From: Acidobacteria bacterium RIFCSPLOWO2_12_FULL_54_10
Lineage (GTDB): Bacteria; Acidobacteriota; Terriglobia; 2-12-FULL-54-10
Assembly: GCA_001767075.1 (NCBI GenBank)
Contig: MEKX01000067.1
Location: forward strand, 383-64,382
Length of the DNA: 64,000 bases
Reading direction: 5' to 3'
The translations under genes were made by a program, and so were the position numbers. Shown piece by piece: positions 9,704 through 19,873 of this stretch. The number at the start of each line of letters is the position of its first letter. Positions within the stretch are counted from its first letter, which is position 1. Under the pieces are notes generated by a model. The model did not search any database, was not told the origin of the DNA, and saw nothing but the letters and a program-made list of their open reading frames with translations.

Positions 9704-10279
9704 TTATTTGCGAAATTCGCCGGCTAGCAAATCCTGCACTTGGTCAGAAAAAGTTAGAAATTGAATTGGCTTGAACATATAGTAGCAACCGCTGCTATCC
9801 AGAAACTCTTTCATGGAATTACTTTTGTCACCGGTAAGAAAGAGTATTCTTTGTGGCGGCAACAATGCGTTGTCCCGAATATGGCTATATAGTTCCTTAC
9901 CTGTCATTCCAGGCATGTGAATGTCGCAAATCATAAGATCAAATTCCTGTGTTGACAACTTGCTGAGTGCGTCTTTTGCATTATCGGCAATCTGGATATC
10001 GGCTTTCCAGGTATCTAGGACTTTTTTCAGAAGTGTAATGGTTAAATCATCATCATCTACAACTAAAATACTTCTAGGGCTCTCAAGGATTGGTTCCTCT
10101 TCATCTTTATATGTAACCGGATTTACGGATGCCCAATATTGGGGAGTTGTGCAATAGGTACAATGAAATTGCAATAACCTGCCCTCAGCCAAAGTACGTA
10201 TCTGTGATCGATTAAGAGAAAGCGATTTCTCCATTTTGCAGATAGAGCAACGCATTAATATGTCTTTGGTATCCAGCAT
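9704..10279 (-). CDS. response regulator receiver protein with N-terminal C4 zinc ribbon
   Basis: CSIC...CTYC ribbon then REC domain (ILVVDDDDL, phospho-acceptor-context LMICDIHMPGMTG, FLTGDK). Confidence 0.7.
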   Translation of the reverse strand: MLDTKDILMRCSICKMEKSLSLNRSQIRTLAEGRLLQFHCTYCTTPQYWASVNPVTYKDEEEPILESPRSILVVDDDDLTITLLKKVLDTWKADIQIADNAKDALSKLSTQEFDLMICDIHMPGMTGKELYSHIRDNALLPPQRILFLTGDKSNSMKEFLDSSGCYYMFKPIQFLTFSDQVQDLLAGEFRK

Positions 10280-10314
10280 TTATTTGCTCCCCGGTCGCAA
10301 TTATAGCAAAATAG

Positions 10315-10342
10315 TTTCTAATCTGGTGATTGATTTCTAATC
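10315..10342. repeat. 9-bp direct repeat TTTCTAATC x2 (19-bp period) in the divergent promoter region
   Basis: Exact copies at 10315-10323 and 10334-10342, between the response-regulator gene and the ATPase gene. Confidence 0.4.
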
Positions 10343-10375
10343 GAAATTACAGCCTATGAAGTTAATGGAAACACC

Positions 10376-11545
10376 ATGGTAAGTCGAGATAAACCTCCTC
10401 TAGTTCAACGTTTTACAAATGTGCATCTGGAAAATTGGAGAAACTTTCGCTCCGTTGATGTTGGTTTGACAAGACGAGTTTTCTTGGCAGGTGCAAATGC
10501 ATCGGGGAAATCAAATTTCCTCGATGTCTTCCGTTTTCTACAGGGTCTTGTTTCCGTGGGTGGAGGTTTCCAGGCGGCGATTCGCAAAAGGGGTGGTATT
10601 TCTCGCTTGGGATGCCTCGTAGCAAAAAAGAACCCTGAAATTCTGATCCATGTGAAAACTGCAAACAAGACATCAAAAGGACAGTGGGAATACGAATTAC
10701 AATTTACCCAAAATAACCGCCGCAAAATGCCGATCATATGGAGCGAGCGAGTAATACGCAACGGTGAGCAAATATTAAATCGCCCGCTGGATTCGGATAT
10801 TGCCGATCCTGAGAGAATGACTCAAACATATCTTGAGCAGGTCAATGTAAACCGTGAGTACCGGGCGCTTGCGGACTTTTTTCGATCCATCCGATATCTT
10901 CATATCATCCCAGAAATAGTGCGTGAACCAGACCGTTCCGGCGGGCGACGCAATGATCCTTATGGTGGAGACTTCCTCGATCAAGTTGCAAAGACACCGC
11001 CCGCAATTCGCAAACAGCATCTTACAAAAATTCGTGAGGCTTTGTCTGTTGCAATCCCACAATTGAAAGCACTCGAGTTCTGGAGGGATGCGCGAGGTGT
11101 TCCTCATCTGCGAGGAAACTACAAGCATTGGAAACCGATTGGTGTTTGGCAAACCGAAGAACAATTTTCAAACGGGACATTGCGATTGATTGGTTTGCTA
11201 TGGGCAATTTTGGACGGTAACGGTCCGCTCATCTTAGAGGAACCGGAGTTGTCTTTGCATTCCGATGTTGCCAGACACCTCCCCCAGATGTTCGCTAAGG
11301 TCCAGCAACGCACTGGACGGCAATTCCTAATTTCTACCCATTCCAATGAGCTTCTTCAGGATGAAGGCATAGGACTGAATGAGTTATTGTTATTAGAACC
11401 CACGCCGCGAGGCACGACCATTCGACAGGCAGGCGATTTCGCAGGTATACAGGCAATGATCAAAGGCGGAACAAGTTTAGCTGAGGCAGCACTGCCTAGA
11501 ACCCGTCCTCCGAACGCCCAGCAGCTTGCTCTCTTCGGTGAATGA
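10376..11545 (+). CDS. ABC/AAA_21-type ATPase (OLD/AbiL/PARIS-class ATPase component)
   Basis: Walker A FLAGANASGKSN, signature-like FSNGTLRLIGLL, Walker B/D-loop PLILEEPELSLH, H-loop LISTHSNELL. No transmembrane or substrate-binding domain. Confidence 0.75.
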   Translation: MVSRDKPPLVQRFTNVHLENWRNFRSVDVGLTRRVFLAGANASGKSNFLDVFRFLQGLVSVGGGFQAAIRKRGGISRLGCLVAKKNPEILIHVKTANKTSKGQWEYELQFTQNNRRKMPIIWSERVIRNGEQILNRPLDSDIADPERMTQTYLEQVNVNREYRALADFFRSIRYLHIIPEIVREPDRSGGRRNDPYGGDFLDQVAKTPPAIRKQHLTKIREALSVAIPQLKALEFWRDARGVPHLRGNYKHWKPIGVWQTEEQFSNGTLRLIGLLWAILDGNGPLILEEPELSLHSDVARHLPQMFAKVQQRTGRQFLISTHSNELLQDEGIGLNELLLLEPTPRGTTIRQAGDFAGIQAMIKGGTSLAEAALPRTRPPNAQQLALFGE

Positions 11546-11596
11546 TTTCAATTTAGACCTGATTCCCAATGTCACGTTTGCTCAGGAGCGCTGGTT

Positions 11597-12259
11597 TTGA
11601 ATCGTTCACATAAAACTATTGTTTATGGAGCTGTGGAAGGTTTGGTGGATGAAGCAGTCTTTCGTGTATTGGTCCATCTAGCAGGCGGTGCGCATGGCCC
11701 TGTATTCGGAAGACATGGCAAAGAGTATTTGAGGAAAAATCTTGCTGGGTATAACTTAGCTGCACAGACTGCCCCCTGGGTTGTCCTGGTTGATCTGGAC
11801 CACGATTCGGATTGTCCTCCTCCATTCCGAAATTCGTGGCTTCCAAATCCATCTTCTAGCATGTGCTTTCGGATTGTCGTGCGCGAGGTGGAAGCTTGGC
11901 TGCTCGCCGACCGGGAGCGTATCGCTAATTATTTGGGCATTCCGCGACGATTGGTGCCATCGGAACCAGAACTGGTTCACGACCCCAAAAAACTGATGAT
12001 TCGTTTAGCAATGCATTCTCGGCATCGGCGTATTCGATATGAAATGGTTCCGCATCCAGGGAGCGGTCGCGAAGTAGGGCCAGCGTACAATTCTAGACTC
12101 ATTGAATACGTAGAAAACAAGAATCGCGGATGGCGACCTGAGATCGCTGCCCGACACTCAGAAAGCCTGGCGCGATGCATGCATCGCCTAAATAATCTCT
12201 TGAAACAAAATATCGATAATAGAACAGTAATTCGCAGTCCTGAAGTTGCCTATTACTGA
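11597..12259 (+). CDS. TOPRIM-like (DUF4276-like) putative nuclease partner of the ATPase
   Basis: TTG start preceded by AGGAG at 8-nt spacing. N-terminal VYGAVEGLVDEAVF (conserved Glu) and VVLVDLDHDSD (DxD) arranged as in TOPRIM. Lies 51 nt downstream of the ATPase on the same strand. Confidence 0.6.
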   Translation: MNRSHKTIVYGAVEGLVDEAVFRVLVHLAGGAHGPVFGRHGKEYLRKNLAGYNLAAQTAPWVVLVDLDHDSDCPPPFRNSWLPNPSSSMCFRIVVREVEAWLLADRERIANYLGIPRRLVPSEPELVHDPKKLMIRLAMHSRHRRIRYEMVPHPGSGREVGPAYNSRLIEYVENKNRGWRPEIAARHSESLARCMHRLNNLLKQNIDNRTVIRSPEVAYY

Positions 12260-12867
12260 AGTTGCGATGTAGGAACCGTGACGGGATGCGCTTGCTCAAA
12301 GGCTTGGATATGCTTTTCCTGTTTCAGGATATAACCTAGCTGGTCAACTCCCTCGAGCAGACATTTCTTTGAAAAATTGTCTATCGGGAACTCCACAGAA
12401 CGTCCATTGGGCAGCTTCACGGATTGGCTAGCTAGATCGACCGTTAACTCCATTGCAGGATTCTTCTCAGCCAATTCAAACAACTCGGAGCACGTGCTCG
12501 CCGGCAGCTCCACGGGTAATAAGCCGTTTTTCAAAGCGTTGCTTCTGAAAATATCCGCAAATGACAGGCTGATAATTGCGCGAAATCCAAACGCCATTAA
12601 AGTCCACGGAGCATGTTCTCGTGAACTGCCTGTGCCAAAATTCTTCCCAACCAGTAATATTTTTGCACCCTTAGCTCGTGTCTGATTCAGGATGAAATCT
12701 AGTCGCGGTTTGCCTGCAGAATCAAACCGCCAGTCATGGAAGCAGTATTGTTCCATGTTCGCTTTATCCGTTATTTTCAAGAAGCGCGCAGGAATAATAA
12801 TATCCGTGTCGATGTTTTCATTGGGCAATGGAACTACACGGCTGGTGAACGAATTGACTGGTTCCAC
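12253..12867 (-). CDS. leuD: 3-isopropylmalate dehydratase small subunit
   Basis: Full-length LeuD-like sequence (IDTDIIIPARFLK, GKNFGTGSSREHAPW). Confidence 0.85.
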   Translation of the reverse strand: MEPVNSFTSRVVPLPNENIDTDIIIPARFLKITDKANMEQYCFHDWRFDSAGKPRLDFILNQTRAKGAKILLVGKNFGTGSSREHAPWTLMAFGFRAIISLSFADIFRSNALKNGLLPVELPASTCSELFELAEKNPAMELTVDLASQSVKLPNGRSVEFPIDNFSKKCLLEGVDQLGYILKQEKHIQAFEQAHPVTVPTSQLQ

Positions 12868-12916
12868 GATTTCCTATTCTCCTAAGATAGCCTACACAAA
12901 TATTATTAGACAGTTG

Positions 12917-14329
12917 TTACAGCAACGTTCTCACATCACTAATGCAGCCTTCTATTGCAGTAGCTGCTGCCGTCAAGGGACTAGCGAGGAATGTGCGGCC
13001 CCCGATTCCCTGACGGCCTTCAAAATTTCTATTGCTCGTCGAAACGCAATACTGCCCCGGTCTCAGCTCATCTCCGTTCATCGCAATGCACATGCTGCAG
13101 CCAGGCTCACGCCATTCGCAACCGGCAGCCCGGAATAGTTCCGGCAATCCTTCCTGCTTTGCTTGCCGCTTCACCTGCTCTGAGCCTGGAACGACCATAA
13201 CTCGAACTTTAGGGTTCACCTTCCGGCCTTTGAGGATTCCTGCTGCGGCTCTTAAATCCGAAATGCGTGAATTGGTGCAGCTCCCGATGAAAACAACATC
13301 CACAGGATGACCGAGCAGACGTTTTCCAGGAGATAGATTCATGTATTCCAGGGCTCGGGCTAGCGCTCTGCGACTGGAATCATCCTCAAGCGATTCAAGT
13401 GTTGGGATCGAACCGGTAATCGGGATTCCCATTCCCGGATTCGTGCCATAAGTAATCATCGGCTCCAATTTATTGGCATCGAGAATCACTTGTGTGTCGT
13501 AGGTCGCACCCACATCGCCGGGCAGTTGGCGCCACAGCTTGACAGATTCGTCCCAGGCCGCGTTTTTAGGGACAAAGGGGCGCCCGTGCAAATATTCAAA
13601 AGTAATCTCGTCGGGAGCGATCAGGCCAGCTCGCGCACCTCCTTCAATGGACATATTGCAGATGGTCATGCGCGCTTCCATGGATAGCGCGCGGATCGCG
13701 CTTCCTGTAAATTCGAAAATGCTACCCACGCCTCCTCCGACACCGATTTTAGCTATCAGAGCCAGAATGATGTCTTTAGAAGTGACGCCAGATCGCAGTT
13801 GGCCATCGACGCGCACCTCAAAGGTTTTCGATTTTCTTTGCAGCAGACACTGTGTTGCCAGCACATGCTCCACTTCAGTTGTCCCTATTCCGAAGGCCAG
13901 CGCACCTAGTGCTCCGTGCGTTGCCGTGTGGCTATCACCACAAACAATCGTCATCCCTGGCTGAGTTAACCCCAGCTCCGGGCCTATGACATGCACAATG
14001 CCTTGGTGGGGGTTCCCTATTCCAAAGTGCGGGATGCCAAACTCCCGGCAATTGATTTCCAACTGCCGCAATTGATTGGCCGCCATTGAGTCTGTTATCG
14101 GCAGGCTGCGATCCGTTGTAGGCACACTGTGGTCTGCTGTTGCGACAGTTCTGCCGACCTGCCGTACTATTAATCCCTTTTCCCGGAGCCCCTGAAATGC
14201 TTGCGGAGAAGTAACCTCATGCACAAGGTGCAGATCGATATAGAGTACCGAGGGGCAGTCCATTTCATCCTGAACAACATGCTTGTCCCATATTTTTTCA
14301 AATAATGTTCGAGGGGGTAGATTGTTCAT
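12917..14329 (-). CDS. leuC: 3-isopropylmalate dehydratase large subunit
   Basis: Aconitase-family large subunit with Fe-S ligand cysteines ([17 protein letters not shown]). Confidence 0.9.
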   Translation of the reverse strand: MNNLPPRTLFEKIWDKHVVQDEMDCPSVLYIDLHLVHEVTSPQAFQGLREKGLIVRQVGRTVATADHSVPTTDRSLPITDSMAANQLRQLEINCREFGIPHFGIGNPHQGIVHVIGPELGLTQPGMTIVCGDSHTATHGALGALAFGIGTTEVEHVLATQCLLQRKSKTFEVRVDGQLRSGVTSKDIILALIAKIGVGGGVGSIFEFTGSAIRALSMEARMTICNMSIEGGARAGLIAPDEITFEYLHGRPFVPKNAAWDESVKLWRQLPGDVGATYDTQVILDANKLEPMITYGTNPGMGIPITGSIPTLESLEDDSSRRALARALEYMNLSPGKRLLGHPVDVVFIGSCTNSRISDLRAAAGILKGRKVNPKVRVMVVPGSEQVKRQAKQEGLPELFRAAGCEWREPGCSMCIAMNGDELRPGQYCVSTSNRNFEGRQGIGGRTFLASPLTAAATAIEGCISDVRTLL

Positions 14330-14459
14330 AGCGATTTTCTACGATCTCCAATGCTCTATTTTACACGCTCCTGCATCGAAGCGATGCAGTAACTTTCGCC
14401 TTGATTTACCACTTGGGTTCCAAATTGTTATCGGGAAGGGTGTATATAGAATCTATCGA

Positions 14460-15878
14460 TCACAGACCAAGTTCTTTGAGACGTGTTTCAATATTTTCCG
14501 GTTCGCCTGGCGCCATTTCATAAATAGATGGCTCTCCTTGGCGAGCGGTGTAAAAGCCCTCACCTTTACGTCCGAATAAGACCGTTTCCTCTGTATTGCT
14601 ATCGCCTGTGTATACCTTAATCACGATCCAGGGAGCCTCCAGGCCGAAACTGTCATATCGATTCGGGCGATCCTCGACGTAATGTTGAATACGGAGAGAA
14701 TAGATATAGTTCAGAAAGGCATCCACTTTTGCAGTATCTATTGCTTTCTGGGAACTATCGCTGCTCGCCCATGTGTCGCCTTTCCGATCCAGGCGCAGGC
14801 TTCCATCAGCAGTCTGAATCTCAAGTCGACGTGTTGCGGGAGCAGCCGAGTAGTCGAACAAATAACGGCTTCGGTATTGCTCCATATCTTTAGTCAATTG
14901 GGAATAAATCGACTGATCTACCGTGAAAACGTATGGCCAGATGGAATTCCGCGCATAGTACCGAAGTTCCTCGCCTTCCTTAAGATTGCCAATTATAAAA
15001 TTGGAGGTTCCGGCAGCGCTGCGAAGCTCTGCGCGAACCTCCTCTGGCGCGAGGCCATATCGATTCAGCGACTGTGGATTTTCATCTTCATACGCAAGAA
15101 TCTGACTATTTTCTAAAGCCCTAATTAGCTCCTGAGCGGTTCCATAATCCGTTCTAACGGAAGGCGAAGTCAGTTTCCAATCGCCGCTGCTCTGGCGAGA
15201 AAATACTACCTTGGGTGGATTAACAGGCAGTCTGCGACGACGAGCTTCTTCCAAATCCTGCGCTGAAGGCGCTCCACCCCGCAGGTAATATTGCAGCTCG
15301 ATTTGCTGGACTTGGCTCATATCTAATGGCACTGCCCGCTTGTCGCGATAATCGAACAAGACATTGCGAATTAGAGGTTCGGCATTGAGCAAATCCAGCA
15401 TGAAAATCTTTTCAGAACCTGCAAGTCTGCCGTAGCGGGCAAACCCGTTGGGGTTTTCCCCGCCCACTTCCAGATCAAATGGTTGGCCACCTGTTATTTG
15501 GAAGGAGTACTTTCTTTGAGGCTGCTCAAAACCATAATCCGACAATGATGTTCCAGGTTCTAAATTTAATGGAATCGCTTTAATTTTCGGGAGATTCCCA
15601 ATGAAATTTTCAATGCTCTTGCTATCCCCAGCTATGCCCGGGGGCGAGGTGATTGCCCACTTTGTTTGACTCCCATCAACGCTTTTCTGAAAAACCATGG
15701 GTGATTCTTTATCGATTTCGATAGTGAGACCATCTACTTGAGAAGGATCAAATGTAAATAGGTCTTCTTTGGGAAAACCTTCTTGAGGCATTACTTGAGG
15801 GTTTTGGCGGACGTAATAAAGCGCGCCTCCCAATGCCAACAATACGATCAATGCGAGTGCTGTATGCCAAATTTTCAT
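14460..15878 (-). CDS. DUF4340-like secreted/anchored protein of GldG-type ABC cluster
   Basis: N-terminal signal/anchor, no catalytic motifs. Sits immediately downstream of the gldG-like gene, as in many gliding-type ABC clusters. Confidence 0.5.
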   Translation of the reverse strand: MKIWHTALALIVLLALGGALYYVRQNPQVMPQEGFPKEDLFTFDPSQVDGLTIEIDKESPMVFQKSVDGSQTKWAITSPPGIAGDSKSIENFIGNLPKIKAIPLNLEPGTSLSDYGFEQPQRKYSFQITGGQPFDLEVGGENPNGFARYGRLAGSEKIFMLDLLNAEPLIRNVLFDYRDKRAVPLDMSQVQQIELQYYLRGGAPSAQDLEEARRRRLPVNPPKVVFSRQSSGDWKLTSPSVRTDYGTAQELIRALENSQILAYEDENPQSLNRYGLAPEEVRAELRSAAGTSNFIIGNLKEGEELRYYARNSIWPYVFTVDQSIYSQLTKDMEQYRSRYLFDYSAAPATRRLEIQTADGSLRLDRKGDTWASSDSSQKAIDTAKVDAFLNYIYSLRIQHYVEDRPNRYDSFGLEAPWIVIKVYTGDSNTEETVLFGRKGEGFYTARQGEPSIYEMAPGEPENIETRLKELGL

Positions 15879-15929
15879 GGGAAATTAGGTGTCTACTGTA
15901 TCCGTTGCGTCTACCGATTCCTGACTATA

Positions 15930-17366
15930 TTATCCCCGCCGCTTCCACCAGATGCCAAAACCTGTGAGAACTATGCCTAAAGGTACTACAACCATTGTCA
16001 GATAGAAAAGAATGCTCATCTGCCCAGTGGAAAGCTGTACCCTGCGGTCCTCCAAGCTGATTGGCCGAATAGATATCAAATCTTCATCCGAGGCCAGCCA
16101 ACTCATGGAATTAAGGAAAAAATCTCGATTACCGATGAACCCAAGAACCGCGTTCGCAATGATGTCGGTGCTCCCAACAACCACGATGCGACCCTCAGGC
16201 CCGACGCTCTTGGTTTCTTCAGGTGGATTGCCTTCATTATGAGGATCCTGTGGTGCGGGAGGATTGGTAGCGGGATCGCGATAAATGCCTGCTGCAGCCA
16301 GCGCCAGAGGACCTTCCAGATCGATTCCTTTACGGAATTGCAACGAAGTGGATTTAACATCGGTCGTTGCCCAGCTATTTTGTGTCGTCTTGGCTATTAA
16401 GCTCAATTTAGCTCCAGGTATCGACATCCCGGATATTTGAATGGCGTTAGCCATGGGATAAAGGGTTGCAGTATTTCTTAAATCCTTGGTGATTGGATGA
16501 TCCTCATATCCCTCTACAAGAGGCATCACTTCATCAGTGCCGTATTGGCGTCCCGCGCCACTTGTGTCGAACACCAAATTACTGCTGACATCCGCCCCAA
16601 AATCGGCCATCAATCCTTTCAGTTTTTCCGGAGTTGATTGATGGATTAGAAACATTACCCTGCCGCCTTTTAACAGATATTGCCCGATTGTTTCAATCTC
16701 TGAGTCCAGGAGATCCTTCTGGGGGCCGGCTACGACCAACACGCTGCAATCTTCGGGGATTTGTGGTTTTTCTTGCAGCAAGTTTAGGGGCTTTACTTCG
16801 TAATTACTGTCCTGTAAAGAAGATTTTGCCTCGCTATAGCCGATTCGATCAGTGGACTCAACGTCCCTTTCACCGTGACCAGTGAGGAAGTAGATTGTCT
16901 TCGGCCCACCTTTCAAAACACGGATGATGGTGTTGGTAATGTCTTCTTCCAACAGACCTCTTGATGTTTCTTGGCGGTCTCCCGAACTGACCACTACGGT
17001 AGCGTAAGTTTTGATGTTAAATTCTTTTGCCTTCCCTGGCTCGCGATCAGGATCAACATAAGTCAACTTGACGCGATGAGAAACGATTGGGTATTGCTCC
17101 AATAAGTCTTTCGCGCCGGCAAAATTCTCTTTGCGGTCAAAGTAGAGCATTTCAACATCACGGTCCGTTTCGGCAAGCACTTTTACAGTTTGCGGAGCCA
17201 AACTATAGATTTGCGAGGAAGTGAGGTCTATCTGCTTTACAAAGCGGTTGGCTATTAAATTCACGACAACGACGATTGCCAACGCGATCAGAGCGTAAAT
17301 TGCCGTATTCGCTCCGTACTTGGCCCTAGTGTTTCTAGAATAATGGCCTTGAGTTTCTCCTGACAT
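15930..17366 (-). CDS. gldG: GldG-like ABC transporter auxiliary (substrate-binding/periplasmic) component
   Basis: N-terminal and C-terminal TM anchors flank a large periplasmic domain. Position and size match GldG of ABC-2 gliding-type exporters. Confidence 0.6.
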   Translation of the reverse strand: MSGETQGHYSRNTRAKYGANTAIYALIALAIVVVVNLIANRFVKQIDLTSSQIYSLAPQTVKVLAETDRDVEMLYFDRKENFAGAKDLLEQYPIVSHRVKLTYVDPDREPGKAKEFNIKTYATVVVSSGDRQETSRGLLEEDITNTIIRVLKGGPKTIYFLTGHGERDVESTDRIGYSEAKSSLQDSNYEVKPLNLLQEKPQIPEDCSVLVVAGPQKDLLDSEIETIGQYLLKGGRVMFLIHQSTPEKLKGLMADFGADVSSNLVFDTSGAGRQYGTDEVMPLVEGYEDHPITKDLRNTATLYPMANAIQISGMSIPGAKLSLIAKTTQNSWATTDVKSTSLQFRKGIDLEGPLALAAAGIYRDPATNPPAPQDPHNEGNPPEETKSVGPEGRIVVVGSTDIIANAVLGFIGNRDFFLNSMSWLASDEDLISIRPISLEDRRVQLSTGQMSILFYLTMVVVPLGIVLTGFGIWWKRRG

Positions 17367-17369
17367 TCT

Positions 17370-18149
17370 TTAACCCCTCCACCGAACCGATTCCAAGCTT
17401 CGAGCTGTTAGGAAAAGTCCCAACCCTATTACAGACAAATAATAAACAGTGTCCTTAAGGTCGAGAACACCTTTGGAAAAATTCTCTATATGCGTTGTAA
17501 ATGAAATGTAATTAACGATCTGTCCTACTTGCGTACTGGCGTATTCGCTCGCCATATTGAGGATCCACAACATCAAAAAGAGCCCGAAAGTCAGGCTGCC
17601 CGCTACTAACTGGTTTTTAGTAAATGTTGACAGAAGCAAGCCAAAGGAAAGGAAGCAACCACCCAGTAGTAATTGTCCTAGATATCCAGCAATGAGCGGC
17701 TTCCAATCCGGATTGCCGTAGCGGAACAAAATCAAGATGTAGCAGAACGTTATGCCCAGCAGGCAAGCGTAAAGAATGAACGCTGCAAAGAACTTCCCTA
17801 GGATAATCTGCATATCTGTTATGGGTGCGGTCATCAGCAATTCCATGGTGCCGCTCTTTTTTTCCTCTGCGAATAGGCGCATGGTAATCATAGGCACCAA
17901 AAACAAACAGACCACGCTGACGTTCGATAACAGAGGCCGGATGACCATTTCATTCACGTTGAGCGGATACATGCGGCCATACATAACCGTGTATTGAGCC
18001 TGCTCAAAGACTTGGCGCATGAACAGAGAAATGACACTGTAAAAAAAGAATCCAAAGATAATTGCGAAAACCGCTAGCACAATATAGGCGATTGGAGAGC
18101 GAAAGTAAGCATTCAACTCTTTGCGCGTTATTGTCCATACATTTCTCAT
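17370..18149 (-). CDS. gldF: ABC-2 family permease (GldF-like)
   Basis: Six predicted TM helices. Start overlaps the upstream ATPase stop by 4 nt (18146..18149). Confidence 0.65.
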   Translation of the reverse strand: MRNVWTITRKELNAYFRSPIAYIVLAVFAIIFGFFFYSVISLFMRQVFEQAQYTVMYGRMYPLNVNEMVIRPLLSNVSVVCLFLVPMITMRLFAEEKKSGTMELLMTAPITDMQIILGKFFAAFILYACLLGITFCYILILFRYGNPDWKPLIAGYLGQLLLGGCFLSFGLLLSTFTKNQLVAGSLTFGLFLMLWILNMASEYASTQVGQIVNYISFTTHIENFSKGVLDLKDTVYYLSVIGLGLFLTARSLESVRWRG

Positions 18150-19135
18150 TGTTCTAAACTCCCGACCGGAGATTCCGGCGCCTCTTCCATCTCATGCTCT
18201 AATGATTCCTTTGTCGTCAACTGGAGGAAGATATCCTCCAGACTCATGCCTAGGGGTCGCAATTCCATCAACCCCCAGCCTGATTCCACAACGGCTCGCG
18301 CGATTTCCCTGCGCAAATCCTTCCCATGGCTCATTTGAACCGATAATTCCACTTTTCCGTCGTGCGTTACAGACGCTGCCACTTCTCGAATTCCATCCAT
18401 ACTCGATACTTTTTCTTGAATTTCAGCCTGTGGTCCGTCGACAACCAGACGCAAAGTATCAAATCCCTGTAAGCGTGCTGTCAAATTTTCCGGGGTATCT
18501 TCTGCGACAAGCCGCCCATTGTTGATAATCATGACTCTATGACAAGTGTTGGCAGCCTCCGGCAAAATATGTGTGCTCAATATGATCGTGTGTTCGCCGG
18601 CCAAGCTTAGGATCAGCTTCCGCGTTTCAATAATTTGCTTGGGATCTAGTCCAGCGGTAGGTTCATCGAGAACCAAAATATCAGGGCTGTTGATCAGTGC
18701 GACGGCAAGGCCCACTCTTTGCCGATATCCCTTAGAAAGATGCCCCACAATTTTCTTGCGTACATCCGTGATAGCCGTCTTTTCTGCTACTTCTTCCATC
18801 CGCTGTTGTAGATCAGACTTTTCCACACCCTTGATACGGCCTGCAAATTCTAGCATTTCATCCACGCGCATGTCGGTATATAAAGGTGGTGTTTCCGGTA
18901 AATAACCTACGCGCTTTTTGACCTCCAGCGGGTCCTGCATTACGTTAAATCCTGCTACGGAAACATTCCCGGATGTGGGAGGCATATACCCGGTAATCAC
19001 TCGCATGGTTGTAGTTTTACCAGCACCGTTGGGACCGAGGAACCCTAGAATTTCGCCCTTTTTTACGGAAAAGTGTAGATTATCCACCGCCACCGTATGT
19101 CCGAATTTTTTTGTTAATCCTTGAACCTCAATCAC
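18146..19135 (-). CDS. gldA: ABC transporter ATP-binding protein (GldA-like)
   Basis: Walker A GPNGAGKTT, signature LSKGYRQRVGLA, Walker B ILVLDEPTAGLD, plus a C-terminal extension typical of GldA/NosF-type ATPases. Confidence 0.8.
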   Translation of the reverse strand: MIEVQGLTKKFGHTVAVDNLHFSVKKGEILGFLGPNGAGKTTTMRVITGYMPPTSGNVSVAGFNVMQDPLEVKKRVGYLPETPPLYTDMRVDEMLEFAGRIKGVEKSDLQQRMEEVAEKTAITDVRKKIVGHLSKGYRQRVGLAVALINSPDILVLDEPTAGLDPKQIIETRKLILSLAGEHTIILSTHILPEAANTCHRVMIINNGRLVAEDTPENLTARLQGFDTLRLVVDGPQAEIQEKVSSMDGIREVAASVTHDGKVELSVQMSHGKDLRREIARAVVESGWGLMELRPLGMSLEDIFLQLTTKESLEHEMEEAPESPVGSLEQ

Positions 19136-19512
19136 CTATTTCCCCTCCATTTACCGCAAGCTTCATATATTCTTCGGGATGTTCGAAGATAAACAATCCG
19201 ATTCAATTTTTGGTCGATTGGACTTCCTTTAGAATATCAAATTCTCTTGGTCTATGCACCAACAGAACTACAGGGTTTTAAGTATTATTATCAATATAAA
19301 TCTAGTAGAGCATATATTAGATGCGTTTATACAATTTAATGATCAAATTAAAATGATTAAAGACGCGAGAAATTGTAATTTGGTTGCAATTAAATAATGC
19401 AATACGGTTCCTGAGCCAGATATTAATCCCGGCGATTCACTACCCCACCTTGTCCATTGAATTTATTGAAGTTATAATATACCTAGCTTTACAGCTAAAG
19501 GGGGTTCCTGCA

Positions 19513-19815
19513 TTGCCGCTTTTCGAATATGAATGCTCGGCTTGTCATCGCCGTTTTGAACTTATTCATAAATATTCAGATAATCCTTCAAGAAAATGTA
19601 TCCATTGTGGCGGTAAAGCAACACGGCTTATCTCGTCTTCAGCGATCCAGTTTAAAGGAACTGGCTGGTACGTCACTGACTATGCTCGAAAAAGTTCCGA
19701 GGAATCACCTCGCCGCAGCAAAAACAAAGCAAGCGCAACGCAGGAGCCATCCACTACATCGACTACTGAAACTACTCAAGCTAAACCCACCAAGACCGAC
19801 ACATCAACCCCATGA
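19513..19815 (+). CDS. FmdB-family zinc-ribbon regulatory protein
   Basis: Starts M(TTG)PLFEYECSACHRRFE...CIHCGG, then a low-complexity S/T-rich tail. Confidence 0.6.
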   Translation: MPLFEYECSACHRRFELIHKYSDNPSRKCIHCGGKATRLISSSAIQFKGTGWYVTDYARKSSEESPRRSKNKASATQEPSTTSTTETTQAKPTKTDTSTP

Positions 19816-19873
19816 GGGTCTTCAAGCATTCGTACTAATTAGGAAGAAAGAACTTAGGAGATTAATCGGTGCG

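Noticed and set aside
12692-13964. Several 100-150-aa ORFs antisense to leuC/leuD (12692..13138 +, 13539..13964 +, etc.)
   Set aside because: They are embedded in the highly conserved leuCD reading frames and have no features.
19440-19490. TATAAT at 19484-19489 as the fmdB promoter -10
   Set aside because: No acceptable -35 at 16-19-nt spacing: TTGAAT and TTGTCC are 21 and 28 nt away, TTGAAG is only 12 nt away. Too speculative to list as a feature.
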